Origin: Leucoraja erinacea
Lineage: Eukaryota
Direction of reading: 5' to 3'
Length of the DNA: 64,000 nucleotides
Assembly (NCBI RefSeq): GCF_028641065.1
Contig: NC_073398.1
Coordinates: 11,036,001-11,100,000, forward strand
The notes under the pieces are model-generated. The model was not told the DNA's origin. It made no database searches and was given only the letters and a program-made list of their open reading frames with translations. Made by a program: the position numbers and the translations under genes. Below, in pieces: positions 14,290-27,808 of the stretch (positions within the stretch are counted from its first letter, which is position 1; the number at the start of each line of letters is the position of its first letter).

Positions 14290-14597
14290 TAGAGTTAGAG
14301 AGTTTTACAGCACAGAAACAGGCCCTTTGATCCAACCCTTAGTCTATCGGAAGGAATTTGAGGGATACGGGCCAAATGCAGGCAAATGGGATTAGCCCAA
14401 TAAGACAACTTGGTCGGCACGAACAAGGTAGGCCGAAGGCCTGATTCAGTGTTGTACAGCTCTATGTCTCTGTAAGACTCAATGACTCTCTATGACTAGT
14501 CTATGCTGCCCAAGGGTCTTCCTGAGGTGGTCCCATTTCCCTGCATTTGCCCCATATCACTCTAAATCTTTCTTATCCATGTACCTCTCCAAATGGT
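14290..14597. mobile_element. Nested, oppositely oriented CR1 3' tails
   Basis: Minus-strand tail interrupted by a plus-strand tail at about 14345-14497. Confidence 0.65.
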
Positions 14598-15103
14598 CAC
14601 TGAAAACAAAATTACTTTAGATACGACTTATTTTACGCACCTAGATGATGATTAGCAAATCTTAAAATTATGTATTCAAAGCCCGGCATTCTTACTCTGA
14701 TGGGAAATTAGTGCAAAGTTAAAGCAAGTACTCAGCATTGATTCATATGTGGAAAACATTTAATTTAAATATAATTACCTATAACCACGTCAAACTATTT
14801 GATCACATTGTCATGGTCAACTTGCTTTTATGAACTAGAGATTGGAAGCAGAGCACGGATGTTCTCAGCTCTTTGCAGTTTTCTTAACGCTACAAATGTT
14901 TATCTAGTTCACACTCAGAACTATAAATAACTTTGGAATAACACTGTAATTAGACAGAGCATTCATCAATCAAACCTCTTACAGCGCAGAGGTACACTCT
15001 CCAGCATTACAACACATTATCACCAATTCTTCAGCTCATTTTACCTTTAACTGTTGGGAACACCAGAGATGTTACATTCAGCCCTCACTTTAAGTTCCAT
15101 TGC

Positions 15104-15310
15104 TAAAGGGCCTGCCCAACTTGGCCGTAATTTACGCAACATCATTTACGCGTCACGACGCATGACGTGCGTGTCGTGTCGCACATGGTGCGTGGTGACA
15201 TAGGCAGTCATGCGTGGTCGCGCGCTGCACCCCAGGATTTTGGGATAGACAAAATCTTTGCGGCCATATGTGTGACGCGCAAATGATGGCCAAGTGGGAC
15301 AGGCCCTTTA
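15104..15310. mobile_element. PIF/Harbinger-like MITE
   Basis: TIR agggcctgcccaacttggcc / ggccaagtgggacaggccct, flanked by TAA and TTA. Confidence 0.75.
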
Positions 15311-15737
15311 GTCTCTGACTCTAATCCATTCGTGTCCGCACTTCACCTGCTGCGACTACACTTGCCAGCGATGAATTATCGCTGGTGCTGGTGAAAATAA
15401 AACTGTATGGTGCTGGGTTTTGGGTGATTCCAGGCTGTGCCAGCCCCACGGCTGAACTACACAGATCCACACAGACAAAGGGTCTTGTGGGCATTGCAGC
15501 CACAAACCTTCCATGTGATACGATGGGCAGAGACAACCCACCCATCCCCCATCACTACTGCCTACCTTGGCAGTAGAGCCCCATAGGATCTTATGACACC
15601 TGGCATGTTTCTGAATCAGTGATTGCTCATGGTTTTCAACCTCAAACCTTTATCTTGCACAGAAGATCAGAAAAAGTTCAGATCCATGCCCAGGTCTACA
15701 TCCCTATTGGGCTTTGAGTCTGAGAACGATTGTGTTG

Positions 15738-16267
15738 AGGAAATACATTCTTGCCATAGAGGGAGTACAGAGAAGGTTCACCAGACTGATTCCTGGGATG
15801 TCAGGACTTTCATATGAAGAAAGACTGGATAGACTAGGTTTGTACTCGCTAGAATTTAGAAGATTGAGGGGGGATCTTATAGAAACTTACAAAATTCTTA
15901 AGGGGTTGGACAGGCTAGATGCAGGAAGATTGTTCCCGATGTTGGGGAAGTCCAGAACAAGGGGTCACAGTTTAAGGATAAGGGGGAAATCTTATAGGAC
16001 CGAGATGAGGAAAACATTTTTCACACAGAGAGTGGTGATTCTCTGGAATTCTCTGCCACAGAAGGTAGTTGAGGCCAGTTCATTGGCAATATTTAAGAGG
16101 GAGTTAGATGTGGCCCTTGTGGCTAAAGGGATTAGGGGGTATGGAGAGAAGGCAGGTACAGGATACTGAGTTGAATGATCAACCATGATCATATTGAATG
16201 GCGGTGCAGGCTCGAAGGGCCGAATAGCCTACTCCTGCACCTATTTTCTATGTTTCTATGATTCTAT
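15738..16267 (+). mobile_element. Young CR1 LINE 3' end
   Basis: Open C-terminus ILAIEGVQRRFTRLIPGM...RRLRGDLIETYKI...FFTQRVV.LWNSLP; (ttctatgt)n tail. Confidence 0.92.
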
Positions 16268-16514
16268 GTGTTCCATTGGGCATGAGGTTTGAGAATGTGC
16301 CATTTTGCCTAATTAAATCCTGTGTATAAGGCCAAGTGCAAGCATCCAAATACATCTGGGAGAAGCTTCCAGAAATCCCAGAGCCAAGTAGTGAGAGTGG
16401 TCTTGCCATGATGGGACTCAAACCCACTTTCTTTCTTCAACACCCAAGGAAACCATTTCCCCCAGCACAGGGTTCTACCTTGTAGTCTTTACAATGACAT
16501 AGCAAGTAGCAACT

Positions 16515-16700
16515 TTCAGACTTTAGAGATACAGCACGGAAACAGGCTCTTCAGCCCATCGAGTCCACGCCAACCAGCAATCACCTGGTACACTAACACA
16601 ACCCTACATACTAGGGGCAATTTATCATTTTACGAAGCAATGGGGAAAATTATACGCTTTCCTTTTAATTTTACCGAAGCTAATTAACCTACAAACTTGA
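16515..16700 (-). mobile_element. SINE 3' half (HE1-like)
   Basis: Reverse complement of the SINE tail and central domain. Confidence 0.7.
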
Positions 16701-17949
16701 TTTTGTTCTTCTACTTGGAGTTGTTTGGACAATATCAAAAATGGTGACAGTGGTAGAAACCATGGTATTGAAACCAATGAAACCAATGGCAGAAATCATT
16801 CCTGGCAGCAGTTTTCAGGAGAAAAGAAGAACATGGTGTCTTTTTGTGCATTAATAACCTGAGAAGCTTTAAACAACAGTTGTAACCATGGCAACTCCTT
16901 CATTGTATGGAGAGAATATGTATAATTTTCCCATTGCTTTGTTTTTTGTGAATATACAGTTTTATTGATGAGAATAAACATTATTCACCCTGGAAAGCAC
17001 ATTAAATGACCAAAGCAAAACAAAAGCATCTCAGTAGGAAAATGGTAATTGATTTTGTTGTGGCTATGATCATATCTAAAGGGTGAATTAATTTCAATGC
17101 TCACCAGCTATTATTAACAGGGTGTCAAATAACAGAATAATATACAAATCAGTTCCTTGGCAAGCCCTACACTTAGTGCCACAAAAGGCTAAATAGTCCG
17201 TCTTGGGTGTCACAAGCAAGGGCAATATTTATTAATCACCCCCTATCCAAGACAAAGCGATGAGCTGCCTTCTGGAACTGCTGGATCAGAAGGTGCAAGA
17301 TTTGGACCTACTGATGATTTAATTATAGAAATATATTTCCAAGTGAGGATAGTGCATGACATGAATAAAACATTGCCAAAGGTTGGGGGTATATTTACGT
17401 GATAATTGCAAGCATCTGATGACCATATCATCGTACACAGTAGAACACAAGTCTACTATTGAAATGAGTTGCAATCCATTTTTTAGGTATTACACCCAAT
17501 GCACAACATGTGCTACTATTGGTAAAAGTTAACGTTTACATCAGTGGATGGTATTGAGTTCCTTGAGAATTGTTAAAGTTGCATTGAGCTGGGCATTCCT
17601 GACGTGTGTCCAACAGATGGTGAGTGATTTAGTGCGGGCTTGTTTAAAAAAGACCGCGTTTCAAAAGTACATTACTTTTAAAGGACATGTTTCTTTTTTA
17701 AGGAAGCTTGAGTCTGATATTTGGACACAGGCCTGTGGAAGAAGGTCAATTGGAAACTTAGTTCTGGGATGCAGTCGCAGACTTAAATATTAAAATACTG
17801 AAGAATTTGTCAACAGAGCGATGGGAGGAATATAACGATGAATTGAATATCAAGGAGTGATTTACATCGGATGAGCCCCAGTCTTCACATTTGTTCAACA
17901 GTTATGAATTTCTTGTATCCTGTATGCATGAGACCCCAGAGGAGGTAGC

Positions 17950-20900
17950 CAAACTGACAAATTGTCAATATGTGGTTATTGAAGATAGTGGGGTTTAAAG
18001 CAATGTAGTAGTGAACAGATTAGTTAGGTGCTGATCTGTGTAGCTGAAGGCTGAGTTGCCTGCCCTGCTGTGTCAGGACTGGAAAGGAAACTTGAAGGGA
18101 CAGATCCAGTTATCATGGTCCATTTGTAAAGCAATGATATAAACAAGACCAAAAAGCAGATTCTACTGAAGGAATTCAGGCAGCTAGGGCTCAACGTCAA
18201 AACCACAAAGTTAATAACCTCTGAATCACTAGCTGATCCTCATTTGGCATAAGGCCAATCAGGCCACAAAGTAGAAATCTTGGCTCAAAGACTGGCATGG
18301 GAGAAATGGATCTCAAATGATGAGTACTGGCATCAGACTGGGGATAGGAGGAGTATTCTGATGGGATCAGTGCCCTCAAAATCAATTAAGGAAACGCACC
18401 ATCAAGGCTTTAAAACAAAATAGTGGGCTGTTGACATGGATGTGTGGGAGTTCCAGGTGAGGGGACATTGAGAATGATAAAGATTTCAAAAATACAGGGT
18501 AGCAAATCGGGAAGTGATACTCACCGTGTCAGTAAGGAATGGAGCTTAAAATGGCTATAAATATTTCCAATTAGTCAGAAAAATGGTCAAAGAAGGTAAA
18601 ATCAAAGTCTCTTTATTTAAATAAAGTCTCTTTATTTAAATGAAGGCAACATTGGAACAGGATGGACAAATAATCACACAAGCAGCACAGAATGGGTACG
18701 ATCTCATTGTTATTAACGGATGTGAAGAAACCATGGTCGAGAATTAAATATTCGAGTGATTTTAAATTTGGAAGAGATTAGCAAAATGGAATGAGAGAAC
18801 GGGTAGGCTGGGTAAGAGAGGATAAGGGTGGCAGAAGGAGAGGAAGTCAGTTTGTAAATCAAGCAGTGGAGTTAGTTTAAACAGAGTTAAGGAACAGCCA
18901 GGGACAGAAAACATTGCCGGGACCTGGTCATCGGCTCCCAAGTTGTTGGTAATGTGGCCATCATGTAAATCAGGAAATTTGACATTCACCTAATAACAGC
19001 AATACAAGAATCAAGAGGGATTCCAACCCACATCTCAATTGGCAAATCAACAGTAACAGAGTGCAGAACAGATTCATGAAGTGCCTAAGAAAGGGGTTTT
19101 TAGATCAGTCATTCTTTGCAACGTCGAATGTTGAAGGGAGACAATAGATATGTAAAATGATGAGAGGCATAGACAGGGTAGACAGTCAGAACGTTTTTCC
19201 CAGAGTGGAAATGTCCAACTCTAGAGGGCCTGACGATAAGGTAAAGGGGGAAAGTTTATTGGAGATGTGCATGGCAAGTTTTTTTAAACAGAGAATGGTG
19301 GAAACGCATTACCAGGGGTGGAGGTGGAGGCAGATACGATTGTGGTGTTTAAGAGGCTTTTTGATTGGCACATGGAAGTGCAGGGAATAGAGGGATGTGG
19401 ATCACGTACAGACAGATGAAACCGGTTCAACTTGCCATCATTTTCAGCACATTATATGCCAAAGGGCCCGTTCCTGTTCTGTGCTGTTCTATATTCTAGT
19501 GCATTGTGGAACCAAACAGACAAGAGGCTATTTTAGATCCATTATTGTGCGATAAGAAAGGATTAATAATATCACCGTTAAGGGACCTTTATGTGAGAAT
19601 GATCATTGATAACTGCTCACTGATCAATGATCATTCTTACATAAAAGCCCTTAATTGGGATATTAATAAACCCTCATTGCACAATAGTGCAAAAATAATT
19701 GCAAAAATAGTATGATAGAATTTAATGTTAAGATTTAGTTGAATCCAAAGGTCCAAACATAGTAGACTACAATGATGAGGCATGAACAAAGGCAAGCAAA
19801 GGTTAACATTAAAAGAATCAATACATTGTTTCCAACAGTTCGGTTTCATTTTTAGGTACAAAACCAAACAAGAAAAGCAGTCTGCTCATGGCTGATAAGT
19901 TAGATCAAACAAAATGATATCATGTTGCCAGAAAGAGCAGTGAATCTGATCGGATGATTTCAGATTTCAGTAAACATAGATAATGATGCTAAAATAGAAT
20001 GCGGGAGTAATCCTATAAAAAGCATAGACACAGAATATAAAAGATTATGCACACACATAAGCGGGAAACACCAGCTAAAGCCAATGCATGTCCTTCAGTC
20101 TGAGGCAGGGTGGGTAGAGTGGGGAATAAGGAGAGATGGTGCGTGTTTGTCTTCATGGAAGAGGACAATGCAAAGCCCAGGAAATAGCAGAGAACTGGTC
20201 AGGTGAATGAAAAGCTGAAAGAAGTCAGTGGGAGGGAAAGGAATTGCTTGAGATGAATTAACGCGACTTGCTGTCAATAGGTCTCCAGGACTTGGTGATC
20301 TGCACCCAAGCGTACAGAGGGAATGGGCTATGCGGAGGAGGATACACCAGCTCCTGTTTAAGAAAGCAGGGAGAATGAAATTAGAGAATAGAAATGTCAG
20401 CACAACCTCGGTAGTGAGGAGAATGCTGGGACCAATGATAAAGGAAATAGTATCAGAGCACTCTGTAAACAATAATAAGATGGGGGCAGATTCGGCATGG
20501 GTCTACCACAGGTAATCAGGACTAATAATCTGGTGGAGTTTTTGGAAGTAGAAGCTGGCAGATTAGATGTAAGAGAAATAACAGATGTGTATATTTGAAC
20601 TTCCAGAAGGCCTTCATTATATACACTACACACAGTAAACAAAATTGGAGCCATGGGATTGAGGGTAAGCCAGTGCCAGGGACTGAGGGTTGGTTCATAG
20701 GCAGACCGCAGGCAGCAGGAATAAACACATTACATTAGGTTGGGAAGCTGCACTTGGTGGGTGCTGCCGAGATTGAACTGGAGATGTTTGAATGACGGGA
20801 CCGAGTACAATATATCCAAGTTGGCTAATGATACCAAGGTGGCCAGCTTGTGAGGTGGATACAGAGAGGCCTCAGGTGGATGTGGGCAGATTAAATGAAT

Positions 20901-21195
20901 GAACTACTGTAGGTTAGATGGAATATTTATTAGGATAGAGAAATGAACATGGTTAGTCATTGAAAGATGTTGGTGTTCAGATCAACCTTGCGACACTTCC
21001 ACACAAAACACAGGAAGTTAACATGCAGGTAGAGTAAGGAATTAAGAAGGCCAATAGTGAGTTGACCTTCATTGCGGGAAGATTTGAGTAGAAAATGTCT
21101 TTCGCCACTGAACACTATGTGCAGGTTGGGTCTCCCAACAGAAGTAAAGGTTTTCTTGCAATACAAGCTGTGCAACAAAGGTTCCTGAAATGGAG
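17950..21195 (+). mobile_element. Ancient, near full-length degenerate CR1 LINE with a younger CR1 tail nested at ~19110-19500
   Basis: Colinear relics: ORF1-like DPVIMVH (~18102), ORF2 start SLYLN (~18626), EPNRQEAILD (19506), SPG..DLHP (~20280), TSVV (~20405), DVYLNFQKAF (~20584), ISKLANDTKV (~20812, FADD region). Confidence 0.7.
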
Positions 21196-21197
21196 TT

Positions 21198-21690
21198 AGA
21201 CAATAGGCAATACATAATAGGTGCAGGCGTAGGCCATTCAGCCCTTCGAGCCAGCACCGCCATTCACTGTGATCATGGCTGATCATCCCCATTCAATACT
21301 CTGTTCTTGCCTTCTCACCATCTTACCATTTAAGAGAGAGTTAGATAGAGCTCTAGGGGCTAGTGGAGTCAAGGGATATGGGGAGAAGGCAGGCACGGGT
21401 TATTGGTAGGGGACGGTCAGCCATGATTATAATGAATGGCAGCGCTGGCTCGAAGGGCCGAATAGCCTCTCCCTGCACCTATTTTCTATGTTTCTATATC
21501 CCCTGATCCCATATATCCTCTATGTTTATAGAGTCATGGAGTCATACAGCGTGGAAACAGACCCTTCGGCCTAACTTGCTTACACCAGCCAACACTAGTC
21601 CCACCTTCCTGCGTTTTACCTATATCCCTCTATACCTGTCCTATCTATGTACCTGTCTAACTGTTGCTTAAACGTTGCGATAGTCCCTGT
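21198..21690. mobile_element. Cluster of CR1 3' tails in mixed orientation
   Basis: Minus tail at 21198-21320, plus tail at 21328-21497, minus tail at 21530-21690. Confidence 0.75.
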
Positions 21691-23227
21691 CTCTGAGAAT
21701 TATTCAAAGAAAAAAGTGAGTGTAAATGTCCCAAAATCTCTTGTTTATGATGAGGTGGCCCACTGGGCAAGAATAATATTGTGTTAATTCTGAATCACGA
21801 ATGATGAGATGCATCTACTGAACTCTGAATCGGATCACAAGTAATTAGTCATCACAGGACATCTCAGTCTGGAAGGAAGAGGTCTAGAGGCAATCTAGAA
21901 ATGCCGAAGAAACTACTGAAACATATTCATCTGAATTGCCGCAAGGAAATGAGTGCATCGCAGATAAAATTCATGGGTAAAGTGTTTCCGAATCAAGTTG
22001 CTGACAAAACCAAATGTGGCCCAATTTATATGTGCCCTATATAATAGTAACCTGCAACTGAAAATGTGGGGGTTTGAGTATGTATCTCCAGCATCTGCAT
22101 TGATAACAACATACACCTGGAGCAATTCATCCATAATATGCATATTACAGGCTCAAAAAATGGAGAGAATTTTTATAACATGTACTGGCCTAATTATTTT
22201 GCATCCTAATAACTGTACTTTGCTTCCAGGCTATATTTGGTCTTCAACCATCATGCGCAGTGACTTAAAATATTGGTCAGTTTCTAGTGAAATAGCAAAA
22301 CTTATGCCAAGGAATCAGTAATAATAAAGGCTAGAAATTCAAAGCCCCTCAAGTGGTTTGATCTTGCTTCAGTTATTTTCACAATATTTGTAAATGATTT
22401 GCTCCCATCTCCACGCTAGAGGAAGCATACAGATGTTAATTGCCAAGCTATAAGACATACATTTCTGAAAAAGTGAAGGCAACTTGAATTCATCAATGTG
22501 AAAACTACCAGAATGTCAAGGTCACCCTGTCAGTACAATTCCATCCTCAACATCACAATATGGGGAGGTGCTTCATGAGGGTACACAACCCTTTGTGCCT
22601 GTTCTGCCATTCACTATCATAGCTAAACATCTGCGCCAGGTATATGTTTCTGTCCTACTTATAGATCCCCTGAGCTCCTTAAAGCCCAAAAATCCGCTCA
22701 TCTCAAATATATTCAGAGATGGAGCATCCTCGATTCTCCAAGGTGGAGAATTCCAAATATTTTGTCATTTTTCCTCATGTTTGTAATCATTTATTGTCTT
22801 TATGCTGGCGGCGTAGCACATAACATAAGCTTTTCACTGTACCTTGGTACACGTGACAATAAACTAAACTCAAACTGAAACTAAACTCAAAATTATCAAT
22901 TCCTTTTCCCGAGATTCCATTCCCCGGTGCCTGAAGAAGGCTGTTTACCCGAAATGACCTATTCCTTTTTCCCCACAGATACTGTCTGACCCACTGGGTT
23001 ACTCCAGCACTTTGTGTCTGTCATTCCCGGGTTCAAGATTGTTCAGCCAGGGGTAACATCCACTCGCCATCAATGATGTCAACCCTCAAACTGATCTCCA
23101 AGAAGCACCTCGGCATTGCAGAGGGTGACGTGTCTACCTGAACAAATGCTGCACATTGATCAAAAAGGACACTACAAGATATGCTATTTTTAACACATTG
23201 TGAAGGATGACATTAGTGATTATGATC

Positions 23228-23800
23228 AGAGCTGCCAACATGGCACTGACCGGAACGTGCCTGACTCACCCCACAGGCAACCCCAGGAGACTGTGGAGAA
23301 GCTGGGCGGCGAGGCCTGTCTGGGCTGAGGGAGCCTCAGCGGCGGTGGCGATGGGAGCCTCGCCGGTGATGAGGCCTTGGCGGCGGTGGGGCCTCTGTGG
23401 CAGCGGGAGCCTTGGCGACACCGGGGCCACAGTGGTCGATGAGCGTGGGGGGGGGAGGGGTGGACAATGGGGATCCAGTGTGGGGGAGCCACCCTGAAGA
23501 ACAATGGAGGGGACCGCCATGGCGGGGGACTGTTGTGAGGGACAGTGGGAGAACAAAGGGAGACCCTGTGTGGGGGAGAGGGGGGCACTCTAGTTTTGGA
23601 ATCCTCTGCCCAGGGGATAAATCTGGGTTTGTTTGTTTGTTTGTTCGTTCCGGTTAAGGCGCTGTGCACATGGCAGACAGCCAACAGTCACTTGTCTATT
23701 TTCTCACTTTTAATTTCAAGTTTTTCGTGTAGCTTGTTGTGTGTTGTGACTGTTGACAGACCAATTTCCCTCCGGGGAAGAATAAAGTTTTATCGTATCA
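23228..23800 (+). mobile_element. GC-rich non-autonomous retroposon
   Basis: CpG-rich body ending in a short stem-loop, AATAAA and (tatcg)n; no coding similarity recognised. Confidence 0.6.
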
Positions 23801-24929
23801 TATACAATGAGCAGGCAGAACCCTGAGAGGAAGGATTAAAACAAGCTGTTATCCTGAACAGGTTGGCAGCAACAAGGAGGTTGTTTACTTTTGAGAGGGG
23901 CAACTATGTCATGTTGCAGAAGGCATGGGAGGAAGAGGAAAGATACAGCAGCAAAGTGTGAGCACTGCTCAGCCAGGGGGATCCATAGGATGGGAGGGGG
24001 GGGGGGGGGGGGTGCAGAGAGAGAAAGAGAGGCAGCTAGGTATGTAATCAGCAAGCCTCAATGTCAATGAGCAAGATGCCATGAAGTCTATAGTATTTTT
24101 TTTAAAGGTGTCGGTGGAGGGGTAGAACGAGTTGTGAAAAACAGCCAAGTTCATGCTTGGAATGGTAAGCAACTAGTTTCTGAGGGGCAGGCACCAGAGT
24201 AATATATTTGGTGTATCCAGATATGTCGGTGAAAGTCCACACCAGTTGCCCGCCTCGTCGATTGCATTGATTCAAGATGAATATTATGAATATATTGCAG
24301 ACACTCTCCATAAAGATTAAAACAAAATCAAAATGACACGTTTGGATCAATACCAAAGTCATATTTCTTAAGTGTTGTACATTTATTTCCTCTTCCCCTC
24401 ATGCCTCCAAAACTGCACAAACACCAACAATGGCCTTCACCTCTCCCAAATACTCTTTTTAAAATGAGCAGCTGCAAACTTACATTCAACAAAAACTTGT
24501 CACAAGTCCCGTAAATTTGTCAATTTATTTTTTTTAAAAAGAACACGTGGATTTAATGAATATTTATAGTAAAAAGAGTGCCCAAATTTCTGAAATATTC
24601 CAATAAGCTGCATTTATTAATTTTAAGCCTTAAAAGGGAAAATTCATTCAAGACTCATTTTATAGTTTCATTTATTACTCGCAGTGCATGTTCCCCTCTC
24701 TAAATGATATCAGTAGTGTGTTCTCTGGGGCAATATGACCATCAAGAGTCTATGCTCTTACATTTATTATATGCAGTCTGTACTTGGACAACATGACTAC
24801 TATTTGAGATGTTTGTGAGAGCAACTATCAACTGTTGTGTTGCTGTTGTGTTTTTGGGTTGACTTTAACCTTGTTCCTCAGGGAAGATTTGAAACAAAAC
24901 TCTGGCCTAAAAAAGAACTGAGCTAAGCA

Positions 24930-25272
24930 TAGAACACAGAACAGCACAGCACATGAAGAGGCCCTTCGGCCCACAATGCTTACGCCGAGTTAAACTGATC
25001 TCATCTGCCTGTACATGATCCATATCCCTCTATTCTCTGCACTTCCATGTATCTATCTAAATGCCTCTTAAACGCCACTTTTGCGTCTATAGTATCGCCA
25101 TTTTGCAATACATTCCAGGCCCCAACCATCATTTGTGTAAAGAAATTTGCCCCGCACGTCTCCATTGAATGTTTGCCCTCTCACCTTATAGCTATGTTGG
25201 ATATTTCCATCCTTGGAGAAAGGCTCCAACTGTCTACCCTATCTATGACTTGCATAATTTTAGATACTTCTA
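24930..25272 (-). mobile_element. CR1 3' end
   Basis: Reverse-complement CR1 tail and C-terminus. Confidence 0.7.
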
Positions 25273-25274
25273 TT

Positions 25275-25500
25275 AATTGTATTGTATTGTATCCAAATTT
25301 ATTGTCTTTGAGACAACGAAAGGCCCTCCAGGCTGTCTACCCTATCACAAAAAAAATGACTTACATAATTTTAGAAATACTTTGAAATATTAAGCCTCCC
25401 ACAGAAAGTCCACGACACAACATGACATTGGCACAGAGAAAACATAGTCTAAGCCTCTCCAATCTCTCCCTGTCGGGGCCTTCCGAAACCGCCGCTAATG
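25275..25500 (-). mobile_element. Non-autonomous retroposon, same family as 61660-62042
   Basis: cacagaaagtccacgacacaacat and ttgtattgtatccaaatttattgtc match the reverse complement of ~61870-61893 and ~62013-62040. Confidence 0.7.
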
Positions 25501-26361
25501 GCTAGAGTGTGGACAACAACTTTTCTGAAAGTCAAACATATCAAACATGATTAGAGGGAAAGATTCAGGGGGGAACTGACCACCATCAGATCCTTGATCT
25601 GCACGTAGGGAAAAGCTCAGAATATACAAGTGTAGAGCAAAGGCTTACAGGTAGCTGTGGGTGGAGGAGGGGGGGGGGGGGGGGGGAAGGAACGGGCGAG
25701 GACGCGACTCGAATAATAGTCGCGCCCTCACCAGGAAGCGGCTGAAGGACGGTATTACATTCTCACTGGTCATAAGGCCGCCAGCCCCCGCGAGGCTGTC
25801 CCGCCGCTGCTGGAGCTCCCGTCGATCCCGGCAGGAAAGGCCGCGCCAATTTCATGATTCATTTTGTCCTGCTTAATTTGGAGGAGGACGAGAATCATTG
25901 TTCCTCCTGCTCCTGTTGGTTTTGAGACGGAAGGAAAAATAATGAGAAGGAAAAACAGAAATTATAAAACAGACAAAAAAAATTATTCACACAAGCACTT
26001 CTGTAATCAAATAATTCAGTGTTTGGTTACTTTCCATAAATTGAATTGGAGAGTACTGCCTTCAAATGACCAGCCGAGTGACATTAATCCACTCCTGATT
26101 CTCAAAATGATTTGGGCAGAAGAGGAAATAGACAAAAAAGTTCTCTGTCATTTTCACAGTAATCATACTTATTTAACAGGAAGATATTTATAGAGAAACT
26201 GATTAATGTTACATTTATCACCAAAAGCGTTGTTAATAACACCTGCCCTTCAAAAATAAATAAATATTAATAAAGTAAGAAATACCTAAAGATGGGCATT
26301 TTACTATGATGTAAGTTAGTGTCCAAAAGATCTGACTGCCGTGCCTTACTCAGCACCAACT

Positions 26362-26535
26362 GTGTGTCGGAAGGAACTGCAGATGCTGGTTTAAACCAAA
26401 GATAAACACAAAAAGCTGGAGTTACTCAGCGGGTCAGACAGCATCTCTGGAGAAAAGGAAGGGCCTCGACTCGAAATGTTACTTATTCCTTTTCTACAAA
26501 GATGCTGTTTGACCCGCTGAGCTACTCCAGCTTTT
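26362..26535. mobile_element. Penelope-derived fold-back insert
   Basis: Inverted arms gctggagttactcagcgggtcagacagcatct / agatgctgtttgacccgctgagctactccagc. Confidence 0.75.
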
Positions 26536-27506
26536 ATACCTGCTGTATACCTGTGCTATTCCAGTCGGACCTCCACAGTCCTTTGTGGCAGAGTTAGTTG
26601 ATTGAAGGCACAAGGGCCAGCTCAACAACCCGGGTTAGAATGGTAAATAAGCCAAGTTTGTGAACCTTTTCCTATTTTAATTTCCATTTGATTTACCACC
26701 TGTGGGACACACAGATGGCATGGTGGCGCAGCTGGAGAAACTCAGTGGGGAAAGCAGATAGTTGACATTTTGGTCGAGACCTTGTATCAAGACTGAGTGT
26801 AGAGGGAAGATAGTCATTGAGAGGAAAGGAGGGGAGACAGGTATAGTCAAGAATGCCAACCACCCTGGTCATTCCCTTTTTTCCCTTCTATATTCTGGGG
26901 AGAAGGTGCAGAAGCTTGAAAACTCGGATGTCAAGTCTTAAGAACAGCTTCTTCTTGCCCACTGCTCTCAGACACCTGAACCAATCACCTGCTCCTAAAG
27001 GTGCTGCCACACACTCTTAACTCTACCTTGTTTGGTTATTCCATTATTGCACTGTAATATTCTTTAAACATTTCTGAGGGTAAACACAAAATGCTGGAGT
27101 AACTCAGCGGGTCAGGCAGCATCCCTGGAGAAAAGGAGGAGGTGACGTCTCAGGACGGAAACCTCCTACAGAATTTTGGATAAAGGTGGGGGAGGGACTG
27201 GAGGAGAGAAACTGCTTTGTTGGCTGGTTTTTACATGTTGTGACCTATATTCTTCATTTCAATTTTTGATTATTTTTTTTATGTTTCTGACACCGTTTCT
27301 CGGGTATTTCCAGGGCCAGGGCTCCTCCTCGCATCACCAGAGTCCCTGAGCTGTTCACAGGTTGTCTCTGGATTCAGAGCAGTAAGACCGGCCCTCGATA
27401 TCCAGATCAGATCAGTTTGGAATGTGATGATTAGTGTCAGGGAAATGCTATTAAATAAGAATGAACGTTAATTCTGTCACTAATGTGCTGTGTGAAATAT
27501 CCCATT

Positions 27507-27808
27507 AGCATGGCGTAACGGTAGCAAAACGTCAGAGACCAGGGTTCGATTCTGTCTACTGGTGCTGTCCGTACAGAGTTTGTACATTCTCCCCGTGATC
27601 TGCGTGGGTTTTCTCCGAGTTTTACGGCCTCCTCTCACACTCCAAGGATACTGCATACAGGTTTATAAGTTAATCTGCTTTGTCAAATTGTAAATTGTCC
27701 GAAGTGTGTGTAGGATAGTGTTAGTGCACAGGGATCGCTGATCAGCGTGGACTTGCTGGGTCGAAGGGCCTTTTTCCACGCTGTGGCTCTAGACTAAACT
27801 AAACTAAA
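27507..27808 (+). mobile_element. tRNA-derived SINE (HE1/V-SINE-like)
   Basis: B box gggttcgattc, central domain and (ctaaa)n tail. Confidence 0.85.

Noticed and set aside
25660-25850. CpG-rich patch with a hairpin (cgcgact...agtcgcg) as a promoter or ncRNA
   Set aside because: Adjacent to a minus-strand GC-rich retroposon and a G homopolymer; more likely part of that repeat.
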